This document shows, piece by piece, positions 10,637-23,344 of a stretch of DNA of 64,000 bases (the stretch's first letter is position 1; the number at the start of each line of letters is the position of its first letter). The stretch is from Eledone cirrhosa (taxonomy: Eukaryota). A program made the translations under genes and the position numbers. The notes under the pieces are model-generated. The model had not been told where the DNA came from. It searched no databases and saw only the letters and a list, made by a program, of their open reading frames with translations. The stretch spans positions 37,820,001 through 37,884,000 of the forward strand of contig OZ024753.1 in assembly GCA_964016885.1 (NCBI GenBank), read 5' to 3'.

Positions 10637-10786
10637 CTAATAATTAGCAGCTCGTAGATAGTCTATTAAGCAGTTAGTTTGTGAAAACTGTCTTTGTAGT
10701 TCATGCCAAACACTGACATGTTGTTTGTGTAGTTCCTTAATAACTTCACATAGTTTCGCATTGGTTCCAATCTCAGTAAAGTGGAT
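10637..10786 (-). CDS. WDR36: WDR36 exon 20 (terminal)
   Basis: IHFTEI..WHELQRQF..CLIDYLRAANY then TAG. Confidence 0.9.
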   Translation of the reverse strand: MHFTEIGTNAKLCEVIKELHKQHVSVWHELQRQFSQTNCLIDYLRAANY

Positions 10787-13543
10787 CTGTAATGAAGAGG
10801 TTTAAAATATGAATATTTAAAGCAGAGACCCTTAAACTGGTCAATGGAACTACTGCTTCACATGAAACTACATTAGTAAGATATTCTAGGAAAGTAATCA
10901 CAATGATCTGTCCACCAGTAAAGATACTATAAACATTTGTCAAATCCATTTTTTTGTTGTCTTTTTTATAGATATTTTCTGCTAAATCATTACAAGATGT
11001 TAAAAGTTAAAAACAAATAGCAGTTACCTGTAAAAACAATCCTAAGTAAGACTGCGCAAGTTCATAATTCTTTCTGGATTCTAAAAGATACTGTATAAAT
11101 TTCAGAAATTGGTACATTTGTATCTCAGAACCCCCTTCTTCCAGTCCCAATCCTCGAATTTCAAGATCAATGGCAGCAGGACCCATTTCTTTGAAAGCAT
11201 CCAATATCTCCAAATCTGGAAATGAAATTTAAAAAAAAAAAAAGCAAACAGGACATTAACCCATTATTATTTAAACCAGCCATATCCGGCCAGAATTCTC
11301 TCACCCCTTTCTGTTAACTGGTTGCTCATTCTCAAAATAAATAATATCAAAACCTCGTAGATTTGATATTATGTGAGGTAAAGCTTTTACTGTGAAAATA
11401 TGATAGTAAATATAGAGTAATGTAAATGTTAAAGGGTTAAAAGAAGAAATATTCTTAGAAAAATTTGAAGATGCAGATATACTTACAATCATTTGCATTC
11501 TTTGCATCTTGTAAAAGTTTTCCTGTATTTGATAAATGTGTTTTCAATCCTACAGATATGCGCGATGTTGTCTATATATAAAAATAGAACATATTTAACT
11601 TAGAAACTCAATGGATACTGGATATTAAAGTGGGAATGACTCCCACCCCATAACATTAATTTGTTGGGGGAGCTCAGCTAATATTTCAACAGCTACTCTT
11701 TTACACTACCATTAACTCTGAACATCTTGGAAAATATCCAATCTATCTTTAGAACCGTTGAGCGATAGGAAGTTTTTGAATTTGAAAGTTATTTATTGTT
11801 ATACTGCACATGTGGGTTCAAGTCCCTTGGGTGGTGTTGAACACATTTTCCCCCATCTCCAGGGCTTATATACCGTTATATTACATATTTGAGTTCAAGT
11901 CCCTTGGGTGGTGCTGAACATATTTTTTCTATCTCCAGGGTTTAAATGTGAGTTTGTTGATTCAAATGTTTATAGTTACTACTGGACATAGTTGTGAAAA
12001 ATGTGCAATATTAGAAGAATAAAGGCTTCAATATTTAATATGATGCTGTCATAGAATGGTTTTGTACTTTACTAATGTGGTACAGGATGTTAAGAGAAAT
12101 TATTAATTGAATCAGTTATTGTTTAGGTGCCATAAAAAGCATAATAATAATGTATAAAATCATCATGAACAATTTTAATTGTTACTTTTCTTATAATTCA
12201 TGTGGCAGAACAATAGATATACCTTATCATCTTTTTCCTTGTCTATAACAAACTTGATTTCATTACCAGGAATTGTGGGTAAGAAAAATGGAGCTGCTTT
12301 GGGTTTCTTAGGAGGTTGTTTTGGCTTATTTTTCATCTGAAAAGAAAACAATGTTTAATATATACATATATAGTATAGGACAGAACAAAGGAGAGACACA
12401 AAATATGTGTGACAAAAGGGGTTTGACAATCAACAAATAAACAACCATCCAGTTATTAAACTAATCAACTGAAATGAAAACCAACAGGTCCATGTGTAAA
12501 GTGATAGTGCTGGTGCTATGACAAAAAGCACCTGGTCCTCTTTGTAAGGAGGTAGTGCCAGAGTCAGGATAAAATGGTCCCAGTACACTCTGTAAAGCAG
12601 TTGGCATTATGAAGGACATCCAGCCATAGAAACCAAACCCAAAACGGAGCGTGTAAGCAAAATGTAGTGACCTGACCTGTATCTCCTCCATGTTAGCAGT
12701 GATACGGTGAATCTATTAAAAAGCCATAAGTTAAATGATGTTGGCCTTTCCAAAATGCAAGTTCTTCTCGATAAATAAATAACAAGTGAACTTAACTTAC
12801 CCGGATAACATCCAAGTTCAAAAGATTCTTCCAGCGAGAGTTTGGCATCAACGACAGAGTAACGAGTTCGTCACTAATTTGGTCAGGTGATTTAAATGGT
12901 GATTCAGCATCATCTATAACATCATCTTCATCTTCAGATATTGTAGATTCTAGAATTTAAAAAGGGAAAATGGTTATAGAACAAGAAACAAAAACATCAA
13001 ATAAACTGTGTGGATCTGGTTTGTGAAGACCAGTCCAACCAGAGTTAGTAGGGAAGAGGGATGTTGGATGATGGGATGATGGTGGTGATGATCATACCTG
13101 TTCGTCTAAATCCAGTTGCTGGTGCTGATATTAACTTAGGTACAAAATCATCAGGTAATGCAGAGAGTGACGTCTGTTTGTAGAGTGTTTTGTTTGACCA
13201 AATGTAGATACCAAGGTCATCTATATGAGACGTAGCCAAGAAAATCCCAGTTGGTGACATGCTTAGAGAAGATACAGGTGTGTCGACCTCAAAACAATCT
13301 ATTAACCTACACAAACCAATTAAAAGAAAATATTTCATTCAGATTTTATTGAAACTTTCAAATATCCATGTTTGTCACCCTAAAGGTATCAATTAGATAA
13401 TTCACAAGGTCAAATATTTGCTGTTAATCGTTTTTTTATACCGTACCTCCCTGAGGGTAAATCCCAGATTCGTACAAGTGAATCCATTGAAGATGTTATC
13501 AACCAACGAGCATCTGGACTGAATGTCTGAAAGAAAAGATTTC

Positions 13544-13574
<31 letters not shown>

Positions 13575-16500
13575 GAGATGTAAAATGATGATGATAATAG
13601 ATTGATGCAGCATTGCAAAGTGATTAAGAAATTATGACAAATGATATTTAGATAAATATAAACACTTTAAAACAAATAGTTTTGCAGCATATTACAGGGC
13701 AATTACAGGCAGCTTCGGTATTAAAAGTGTTAAGAGAAACCTTCATTATTAATATCTTTTTAAACAATGTCAGAGCAACTGAACCTGTGATTGCAAAGTG
13801 AAGTCCTTACTATGCAGCCATACAGGAGTGCAATGGACTCTGTAAGCCATAGTGAAGGCAACATGTCTAGGAGGCTAGGCTCTGAATAAAACTGATATAA
13901 AGTAGAGAGGAGTCTTCAGTCGAGTAAGACAACCTCTCTAGTGCTAGTGGCACGAATAATACACCCAGTCTGTGCAGTAAAGTGGTTGGTTATAAAAGGG
14001 GCATCCAACCAGAAACCCACCACTGCCAAAATAATAAAATATAACATAGCCTTACCATATCTGTTATTTGGTGCTGGTGTTCTGAGAAAACTCGAATAAC
14101 ATTCTTTGTCTGTAAGTCAACTATGGAGACTGAGAGGTTATTAAGAGAGACTGCTAACAGGGAACTGTCAGAAATAGAAAGTTAAAACATAGAATAACCA
14201 GTTTCATTATTACAGTTTCGATAATAAAGAAATCATTACCATCATCATTATTATAATCTCAATATTATTTGAAAATTATTTTTAAAAATAGTAAAATTTG
14301 CAGTTCACACCTATGTTAGCCTCATATGAGCTTGTATCTTATGGGAAGGTTCTTGGGTGTTTTAATTATAGGGGCCCCAGTCAAATACTGGGGTTGATAA
14401 AATAAAGTATCAGTCAAGTACTTGGGTTGATTTAATCAGCTTTACCCTTCCCCCAAATTTGCTGTCCAAATGTGTCTAAATTAGGAATCAAAATATATAA
14501 TAATAATGATATATTTACCTTTCCCGGTGAAGTAAAATCTTGGAAATATAGCTTTCAAATTTCAGTTCTTTTAAAAGTTGTCTTGACTTGAATCTCCAGA
14601 ATTTTAATGTTCCATCTGCACCAGCAGTGACAGTAATTTGGTTATTGCCATCCACAGCAATGCCATTCACTGCACAGTTATGACCTACACAACAGAGAAG
14701 TAAGGAATATTAGAAAACATCTTTCATCATCATTACCATCAAGGGTTGGACAGGGCTCCACAGACCAAGTCAGTGCTCAAGCGAGGCTACTGACCTCTGA
14801 AATAAGCTGGAGGCCTGCATTTTCTATACAATTCTTTGTTTGGCAGCTTTTCTATGAGGGGTTGCAAGCTTGTGTGTGAGAAAGTAAAAAAATGTTTGTG
14901 TAAAACTTACACTTCTTTTCACCGTAAGATCCTCTATGAAGCCCAGACTGTATGTTGAATATATCCACATGACCAGAGCTATAACCCAGCAGGCAGTAAT
15001 TACCACATGAAGTTAGTGCTACACTCTGAAAAACAATTAAAGAAACTGGTTATCACTCTTTAATGTCCATGTTCCATGCTTGCATAGGTTAGACAGGTTG
15101 TCTTGTGCTGAGGCTAGAACCATCAGGTAACTATGTCTTATTTGTACGTCCAGTTCCGGGCTTAGTTTTCTCTTCCCAATGCCTATTATCTTACAAGGTG
15201 TACTGGGTGCTTTTTGTCATGCCACAAGCACTTCCATCTTTCAAGGTGGACTGGGTGCTTTTTGTTGTCACCTGTAAGGTGGATTGTGTGCTTTTTGTTG
15301 TCACCAGCTTGGCCATCTTATAGGGTGGTCTAAGTGCTTTATGTTGTGGCAGCAGGACTGTGAGTGAGCAGGTGTGGAGTGTCTAGTTTTCCATGCTTAT
15401 AAGCATGGGTTGGACAGGAGGTTTATCAGGGAGTGTGGATGGCAAGGGTTGGGGGGAAGGTGGTGAAACAAGTTTATAGGCTCAAGAAGAGTGAGTACTA
15501 ACACATGGGAAGGTATATGAGCTGGGGTGGGAGAAGATTCGTTTCAAAGTAGTGTTTTCTAGATATTTGCATCATCCTGTGCACATGGGAAGACAGGTAT
15601 CTGCAATACAGCATATCACCAGAGAGTATTAGGTGCATTTATCACCAACACGAGGGAAATTGTCACAACTTGGACACAACTGAAGGGGATTCACGATCCT
15701 TTATTTGGTAAGTTTTCTAAGGTTTGATGCCCTTCTTACCAACCACTTTACAGCAATATTTCTGAAGTGAAAATAAAATGCAACTCACTGTAGCTGTTGT
15801 ATCTATATATTCTTTGGCCTCCTTTCTCAGTTGGAAGACATCAAATTTACGTTCCCCCATGGTAGAACGTAGATAGCTCCATGTAGTAACTAAATGACTT
15901 CCTCGATGACAAGCTACAATATTATCCCAATCACTCTCGCGACGAACCTCTGAAAACCAACAAATAATTCAGAAAATTCAAACTGCTCATTTTTTAACTA
16001 TAAACATTGTTAATAATTCAACAGGATATAATTAAAAACGAGTTTGTTAATTTAAATATTTATAGTATCTTTACGAGTGAACAGATAAATAATTGTGAAA
16101 ATTTTCAGTAAATTACAGTAAAAACTTCAATCTTTCAAGTGAGACAGTCACTGTGTTGTTTTGTATTTTTGTAGAATGTCTCACTAATGTGGTTTTAGGC
16201 ATTACAGGATGTTAAGAGTTAAACGTGAATGAATCAAAGCAACTTTAACTTACCTGCTGCAAAATCAAAGATTGGTGGCATTACATATTTATCCTTTAAT
16301 CTTTCACGTTTAGATTTTTTCTTGTAGTAAGAGGCTTGCCCCAAGCTTTTATTGAATTTATCATGTATAAGGGAGAAGGAGCGTAACGTACTATCCAGAC
16401 CTTGTAAAAAAAGGAAAACAATTTTAATAGCAAATAAAGACAAATAAAGAATACATTCCACAGTTTAACCATTTCATTGCTATAGTTCTAATGAAAAACA

Positions 16501-19500
16501 CTGCTTAGGATTTTTAAATAATTTTTGAAATTAAGATGGTGTTTGGAATATAACATAAAATTGTTATAGAAGATTTTTAGACAAATATAAGGACTTTAAA
16601 ACAGTTTTGTATTATAGAACAAGACAGAGCGAAATACATTAAGAAGTTTGCATCTTGGTTTATATATATCCACCCTTGCAAGCAGGGAAAAGCGGACGTA
16701 AAATGATGATGATATATATATCAGTCATTGCTCTTACCTGCACTAAGTATGTTTTCCCCATTTTCTCCATAATAACGTATTTTCAAGGGTGGGGATCTGT
16801 GACCCTCTCTCTTCCTCAATAAACGTGGACCTCCATCAGGCATATCAAAGATCCAGATCTGTCGGAAAAATAAAACCAAACTTCAACAATAAACTCAGTG
16901 AACAAACTAAAGCACAAACTGGTGGTGGTGGTGGTGGAAGAGCAGAATATATTATAAATAAAAAAACTATAGTAAAAATGTGATTATAAGTTAATGACTT
17001 AATTAATTAAAAATGGAAATAAGGTGTCGTCATTAACTCACCTTCAGGGTGTTGTCACCTGAAGAAGTCACCATTAAGGGCTCAGAGGGTAAGCAATACA
17101 TGCCAGTTATAGAGGAATTATGAGCATCTCGTATCTGACATTTGATACGGTTTTGTTCGAGGTCCCACACAGCCATATGTCCAGGTGCACTACCACTGAT
17201 CATTATGGGATGACCATCTAAAGAGAAAAGAACAAGTATATGTTATAAAGTTTCAGAAAGTCAGTACAATGCAGTGAAATATATAAAGGGCAAAAGATAA
17301 CAAACAAATAGTTCTATATATATATATATTTCTATAAAGTATTGTGAGATATGTAATAAATGACTCAGCTTCAGAAAGCTGGTACAATGTGGTAGAAATA
17401 TATAAAGGGCAAATGATGACAAATAAAATGAAACAAAGCAATGTTTTATCCACTATATTTCCTCCTTTGCCATTTATATATTTCTACCATAGTGTACCAG
17501 CTTTACCAAGTGCATTCTGTCATGATATCAACACAAGGGAGGTTGTGATGTCTTTTGATACAGCGTTTGGCAGGTGTTCCAGAGCTGGATGCCCTTCCTA
17601 TCATCAACCTCTTTATAGAATGTACAGGGTGCATTTATCGTGTAGATCACCAACACTAGGGAAGTTGTCGTGTCATGGCTTTGACACAGTTGAAGAGTCC
17701 CCCCCCAACGCTTTGTTTGGTATATCTTGCACAGCTGGATACCTTTCCTACCACTAACCCCTTAACAGAGTATATGGGATGTATTTATCATTAGACACCA
17801 GGGAGATTGTCGCGTTTTTGATGCGGCTGAAGAGTTCTCTTGACCCTTTAATATATATAAAGACATACCTGATCGGAAGGTTATAGTGGTAACAGGAGCC
17901 CAAGTTTGAGTAAACTTCATCACAGACTCATCATAACGAATATTGTGAACAATAATACGTCCATCCTCAAGACCAACTGCTATAACATCAACTGCAGGAG
18001 CCTAAAATATCAGAATTTAAAACGAAAACAAAATATAATGTATTACTACCATGTTTCCCCTATTATAAGACAGGTGTTACATTATTTCCACCCCCACCCC
18101 ACAAAAAAGGGCACTAGGGTTTATTTTCAGGTTAGGATCTATATTTTTACACAAAAAATACATTACCTGTTGGAGAACAGTGACTTTGGAATTCCATCCT
18201 GGGAATGAATAAATAAGTTTGTTTGATTTCAAATTCCATAGCTGCAATGTCCCTTGTACACTACCAAAGAGGACTTTATTGAGGTATGAGACAGGATGGA
18301 CGACTGTAGTTACTTGAAACTGACTGTTATCAAATGACATTTCCAGGTAAAGCTCTGTAGGAGAAAAAGAAATGCACCTCATTATCATAATTTTGAAGTC
18401 TGTTTCTCTCTGTCAGGATTTCCCAAACTTTTTCAAATGCGGAACCCTTTTTGGTTCAGAAAGTTTTGGAGTAACCCCAAAGTCTAATACTGTTATATGG
18501 TCATGATATAAGTATATTCCTCTACCTCTTTTCACGGAACCCCACACACTCCTTTGCAGAGCCACTGCTCTGTGTTGTATGTATCATTTTCCCTATTATA
18601 TTTCTATCATGTCTTGGCGTTTATTACAATAGTTTAACTGTTAACATCCCGTACCACATGAGACCACATTACCAAGATTATTCTTGAAAAGTATAAAACA
18701 AACATGATTGCATCACATTAGAAATATCCACAATGATCTGTACATTGAACACATTCTTCTACCTGAGTCATCTGATGTCTTGAGGCAGTGTTAAGGTATT
18801 GATAAAGTTTGAGCTTCAGAGTCCTCGGTTGACCATTGCAGTACACAGATCCGTTCCTTTGAGGCCTGTATCTATCTCGATGATTGATTTTAAGATGATA
18901 TACGGCCAGCCAACGTCTTTTTGAATCTGGAGTCCAGAGGAGGAGTTTTCTAGCAAGCTTATCATGTGGGAAGTAACATATAAATATATGGATTAACAAA
19001 CCTGTTTTTCAGATATTTTCTGCTAAATCATAACAGGGTCGTTTAAGATTTGAATTATTTCCCAAATAGTAATAAATTATAACCACATTCACATGCCACA
19101 AGAATTGCTTTTAAAATTGAAAAAGTAAAAGGTTAGAAAATAAAGATGATACAATGTTGTTGTTTTTTTTTTGTTTAAAAAGCTTCTTACCTTTATTTTT
19201 GATATTCCATATTCGTACAAAGCTATCTTCATCAACTGATATTAAGTGTGCAGCAAATATTACTAAAATATGAACATTGCTCTGGTGGCCTTTGTATTTT
19301 CTAATAATCTGAAAAGAATTCCAGAAAATAATTTCTCTGAGATCATAATCATTATCATCATCATCATTTAACGTCCATCTTCCACGTTAGCATGGGTAGG
19401 ACAATTTGGTATCATAATTTTCACATCTTTCAATTTAGCTTTCTTAACCACACAGCTATGCCTGAGCCTAAGGAAAAGAACTGAAGTTGCCTGTTTCATT

Positions 19501-22500
19501 TAAATGGAACTATGGATCTCTCAGATGGGCTGAGGGATTGCATCTCACTTACGTCCCCACACACAATCATCAAGTTGTCAGATGAACTAGGGTCTCGCAT
19601 CTCACTAATATATGTGCTCACGCTCTACTGAATGACACCAGCACTAGGGAGGTTATCATGTCATGTCTCTAACACAGCTGAAGAGTTCTCCTGACTCTGT
19701 CTGACAGGTTTTCTACAGTTGGATGCCTTTCCTATCACAAATCACTTTACAGAGTAACAATATATGACAATCAACAGTTTTAAAAGGGAAGAGAAAATAC
19801 TAGTTATAACTCACCTGTTGTCCCCGTAAGAAGCAGTAGATAACATTTTTACATGCAGTAAACACCTGATGATGATTAGCAGCAAGACAAGAGATCTCAT
19901 CAGGATGTGTGTCACCTGAAAAAAAATAAATAAAAAACATTATATATAACCCAATCCATAGTCTTTAGAACATTAATCGCAACTAATTCAAATTATACAT
20001 ATATTTATGTTGCATTTAATGTGACTAAAACACCTGATTCTCAGCAGTTGAATTCACATAGTTCTATGGTAATTCATCACAGTAAGCAGTGGGAGCTCAT
20101 GATATTTACGACTGGATTGTTGGCACCCAGTGCCGAGTTTAATTCTCCCTTACGAAAAGTTAAACTTTTATTGTTACAGAAAATGGAGCTTTGATACAGC
20201 AAAAGATTAGCTGAACACAGTCACGTCCCTTGTTACATCTATAAATATAATTCTCAGGGTGTAAAATCTCTGCTAAAAATATTGGTTTCTAATTTAGGCA
20301 CAAGGCCTTCAAATTCAGGAGGAAGGGCAAAGTTAATTAAATGAATCCAGGTACTTAACAGGTATTTCATTTTATTGACCCTGGAAGGGAGAAAGGAAAA
20401 GTTGACTTCGGCGGAATTTGAACTCAAAATGTAAAGAGCTAGAACAAAGGTATTTTATCGATGCTCTACCAATTCTGCCAGTCACCACCATTCCGATCTC
20501 TGCTAAAAATATTCTCACCTGAAAATAGGGGGTTTTACCATCGACTCTCTCTTCCTATATATATATTCTTAGAAAATCTCGAACACCAAAAACTCTTCCC
20601 CAACAGTATCCCAATTCACACCGACACACTGCCTTGCAATGCAGAACTCCTTCCGTCTCTAATCCCCATATCACAAGACATTGGCAAACCTTCTTTCAGC
20701 CACATTGTGTGATGTGTACACTTGTCATGTGGCATCTCTTTTAGCTACCCGTTGTCCTCATTTTTCCAGTCTTTCCATGCCTGTCTCTTAGCCTTAATGG
20801 CTCTATCCCCTGTGCTGTTCCATCACCAAGTTGCCCTCTGTTTGGTTGGTGCTTTGCACCAGCCACAAGTCTCACCAGTATATATGTGTGCATAAAAGAA
20901 ATTACATGTACTTACTGATATTAGAGATCCCAAGCTTGGAACACTGAAAAATATATAAATGTTTAATTAGGTTAAAATAGAATATAATGTCATTTAAAAA
21001 ATCAAAATAGATACTTGTTTTAATGTTATTGTTTAGCCCCAGGTCAGCACACGTAGAAGTTATCCCCTTTAGCATGTATTTTAAAAAGATTGGTAAATGC
21101 GTATTTCACGTTCGTAAAAAGAAACAATGACAAATTAACTTTACTGTTTTTCCCGTTGTGGGTTACTCCATTCTTTGTTAACCACTCAAGTATTGAGTGT
21201 GGACGTCCAGTAGTTAGTACCATCGTGAATATTTACAAAATCCTTCTAGCCCATAAAATGATGTCAGAAAGTTCTCCTATAACTCAGCATGTTCATTCGC
21301 AGCTTGATACATAGGCCTGTAATTGCTTAACCCTTTTGATATCAAACCGCCTGAAGGATTTCTTGGTTCTACGATAGGTTTCTATCTGGAAGCATTCCAT
21401 CGTAATTTTATGTAAGAATCTTTAAGTTATGTTTCAAACACTATCTTAATAACGAGAAAGTTTTATTACTCAACTTTACCAATTTTTTTTTTATTTTCAA
21501 AGCTATTTGAAAATCATGATAACGAAAGGGTTAACATGAAATCTTCTATACCCGTGATCGCTGTTCTGTTGACTTTTGTTAGTGTAATAAAATCAACTCA
21601 TCATTGTTGTTGTTTCTCTTCACGAACGTAAAATACGACATTACCCTATGTTTATACTATACCAAGATACAATCTAGATACGTGCTTTCGATAATATAAA
21701 CGCATACACACGAACGTTCACAAATTAATGTTAAGAACTGTAACAAGAAATCATACTTTGGGTACATAAAGAAAGAAATTCCAAGTAATAAAAAGTCAAA
21801 TGTGTTTCCGATTACAAACGGTCTGTTGTGGGGAAGCTGGTCGGTATCTGAAGCGAAGAAACAGCGAATTGGTACAACTATTTCTACGATATTTGTGAAA
21901 TGGAGTGTATTGACAATCCTATATCGATTAGATGCTGTGGAATCACCGTTGAGAGAGAAAATAATTGAAAAGGAAACTTTTACAACGAATAAACAGGTAC
22001 CTTTCATTTTACATGGTCATGTCTGCGATTTTAAATACATAGAGCGAAACATCCCTGTTGCAGAAACACCGAAATAATGATGTTTTTGTGTGGAGGGGGG
22101 GGGGGGGGGGGTAATTTATCTATTTACTATAATTATTATTTTTTTATCGGATTAATCAAGTTATATTTTATCTATCGTCATAAATCTTGGGTAATACCGA
22201 AAGAATACGATCGTGAATACAAGCGGCCGAAATCGGATTCCTTTGAGTCGCGTTACTCGGAGATCAGAGAGTCACTCCAGGTAGAGCAGCTACTTCACCG
22301 AATTGAGACATCACAGCTTCGATATTATGGGCATGTGGTTAGAATATCTCAGAAAAGAATCGCTGGACAGATTTTGCGGGTAAAACCAACTGGCAGGAGA
22401 CCAAGAAGTAGACCCTGAAACAAGATGGTTGGATAACATCCATGAGCTTGGCTGGTCACGCTTGGGGATCCAGCAGGATCAGTTGGAGACGGTTGTTTCT

Positions 22501-22779
22501 GACGGGACCCACTAGAAGGAGTGTTTGAGAATTCTCCCCCACGACCCTCTCAGGAATAAGTGGGCAAAGAAGATGTTTTATCTGAACAGTTAGATCGAGT
22601 GTTATTGAGACAGAAGAAAATATATGAAAACAACTTACATTATATGTATGAAAAGCTTTCCCGACACAAGTTATAACGTAATGTTCTTTAACCTTCTCCT
22701 GGTATCTGGTTACTAACGGTACATGATTGCTAACATAACCTATAGCACGGTAACCTGTGAAGATTTTACTCGCCGACAT
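10637..22779 (-). CDS. WDR36: WD repeat-containing protein 36 (U3 snoRNP / SSU processome UTP21), 20 coding exons, 2679 nt, 892 aa
   Basis: Starts MSASKIFTGYRAIGYVSNHVP; contains WD40 repeats, the Utp21 motif KNKPKQPPKKPKAAPFFLPT and MGPAAIDLEIRGL. All 19 introns are GT-AG with matching phases; stop TAG at 10639-10637. Confidence 0.96.
11028..11215 (-). CDS. WDR36: WDR36 exon 19
   Basis: EMGPAAIDLEIRGL..YELAQSYLGLFLQ; AG/GT. Confidence 0.92.
11260..11436. mobile_element. piggyBac-type MITE, same family as 9024-9166
   Basis: TTAA-CCC...AAAGGG-TTAA; shared internal sequence tatagagtaatgtaaatg. Confidence 0.75.
11487..11571 (-). CDS. WDR36: WDR36 exon 18
   Basis: TTSRISVGLKTHLSNTGKLL; AG/GT; supplies the phase 0 to 1 shift. 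Confidence 0.8.
12223..12336 (-). CDS. WDR36: WDR36 exon 17
   Basis: MKNKPKQPPKKPKAAPFFLPTIPG; AG/GT. Confidence 0.92.
12801..12949 (-). CDS. WDR36: WDR36 exon 16
   Basis: FKSPDQISDELVTLSLMPNSRWKNLLNLDVIR; AG/GT. Confidence 0.92.
13098..13306 (-). CDS. WDR36: WDR36 exon 15
   Basis: LIDCF..SPTGIFLATSH..IYIWSNK; AG/GT. Confidence 0.92.
13447..13526 (-). CDS. WDR36: WDR36 exon 14
   Basis: TFSPDARWLITSSMDSLVRIWDLPSG; AG/GT. Confidence 0.92.
14056..14164 (-). CDS. WDR36: WDR36 exon 13
   Basis: SLLAVSL..VIRVFSEHQHQITDM; AG/GT. Confidence 0.9.
14519..14684 (-). CDS. WDR36: WDR36 exon 12
   Basis: HNCAVNGIAVDGNNQ..LKFWRF; AG/GT. Confidence 0.92.
14911..15025 (-). CDS. WDR36: WDR36 exon 11
   Basis: TSCGNYCLLGYSSGHVDIFNIQSGLHRG; AG/GT. 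Confidence 0.92.
15789..15949 (-). CDS. WDR36: WDR36 exon 10
   Basis: RESDWDNIVACH..TTWSY; AG/GT. Confidence 0.92.
16254..16400 (-). CDS. WDR36: WDR36 exon 9
   Basis: GLDSTLRSFS..NKSLGQAS; AG/GT. Confidence 0.92.
16738..16858 (-). CDS. WDR36: WDR36 exon 8
   Basis: IWIFDMPDGGPRLLRKREGH; AG/GT. Confidence 0.92.
17042..17217 (-). CDS. WDR36: WDR36 exon 7
   Basis: DGHPIM..AVWDLE..VTSSGDNTLK; AG/GT. Confidence 0.92.
17869..18001 (-). CDS. WDR36: WDR36 exon 6
   Basis: APAVDVIAVGLEDGRIIVHN; AG/GT. Confidence 0.92.
18167..18354 (-). CDS. WDR36: WDR36 exon 5
   Basis: HPVSYLNKVLFGSVQGTLQLWN; AG/GT. Confidence 0.93.
19191..19308 (-). CDS. WDR36: WDR36 exon 4
   Basis: IIRKYKGHQSNV...VRIWNIKNK; AG/GT. 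Confidence 0.9.
19815..19915 (-). CDS. WDR36: WDR36 exon 3
   Basis: DTHPDEISCLAA...LRGQQ; AG/GT. Confidence 0.9.
20740..20880 (-). mobile_element. RTE LINE internal fragment
   Basis: CGWCK..TW*WN..AIKAKRQAWKDW, the linker motif between endonuclease and RT. Confidence 0.6.
20916..20943 (-). CDS. WDR36: WDR36 exon 2 (28-nt microexon)
   Basis: tttcag / gtaagt; CSKLGISNI; needed to keep the frame between exons 1 and 3. Confidence 0.85.
21327..21534. mobile_element. piggyBac-type MITE, second family (related copies near 2750-2970, 46535-46710, 52893-53126)
   Basis: ttaacccttttgatatc...gataacgaaagggttaa termini. Confidence 0.65.
22180..22575 (+). mobile_element. RTE LINE 3' fragment in WDR36 intron 1
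   Basis: EIRESL..QLRYYGHVVR..GRRPRSRP..RWLD. Confidence 0.88.
22639..22779 (-). CDS. WDR36: WDR36 exon 1
   Basis: ATG at 22779; MSASKIF...FHTYN|gtaagt. Confidence 0.93.
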
Positions 22780-22814
22780 GTTTCATTTATAAATCTGTGA
22801 AATCCGACATTATA

Positions 22815-22930
22815 ACACACGTGGAAGAAACCGGAAACGGTGTAACTACAAAAACAATCCACTACTCTATGATCAACAGAGAGAGAGGAAGACAGATAGA
22901 TAAATACAAAGAGAGTGGCGGGCGCAAATT
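22815..22930 (-). promoter_or_regulatory. WDR36 proximal promoter: E-box CACGTG (22818-22823), ETS-like CCGGAA (22831-22836), E2F-like GGCGGGCGCAAA (22917-22928)
   Basis: Motifs cluster within about 150 bp of the ATG. A Myc E-box near the start is typical of ribosome-biogenesis genes. Confidence 0.5.
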
Positions 22931-23074
22931 AATTATATTGATTTTGTTTATTGACTTGATAGAAAATCAGTTAATTATAAACTTTCGTTTAACACACACA
23001 CATATATATTTTTATTAACGGAATCTAAGTATATCACAGATACATTTTGACAAATTTACCAGATTCATTTGATA

Positions 23075-23320
23075 TTTACACGTTAGTGTTAGGTTTAGAA
23101 TTTCCTTCGTTGGCCGTCAATTCTCTTAATTTGAACATAAACAAATTTAGATCGATCCAATGCTATCGATGTATTCAAGCAAATGCAATAACATCCAATC
23201 CCACCGTAGGGGAATACATCTGGTGAATCGGACAAGATATTTTCCTCTGATTTCTTCAAACGAGACCTTTCCCGTTAAACCCTAAGTAATGTTGAAAGTC
23301 ATATGTGAAGCAAACCTCCC
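23075..23320 (-). mobile_element. highly decayed Helitron/PIF1 helicase C-terminal relic
   Basis: Across frameshifts: RFASHMTFNIT*GLT..FEEIRGKYL..PDVFPYGG..VIAFA, resembling RLAFAMTINKSQGQTFEKVGIYL..PVFSHGQLYVAFSR. Confidence 0.35.
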
Positions 23321-23344
23321 TTTTATTATTATTTTATTTTCAAA

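Noticed and set aside
20041-20080. Intronic C/D snoRNA in WDR36 (GTGATGA...CTGA on -)
   Set aside because: The boxes are only about 30 nt apart with no terminal stem; too short.
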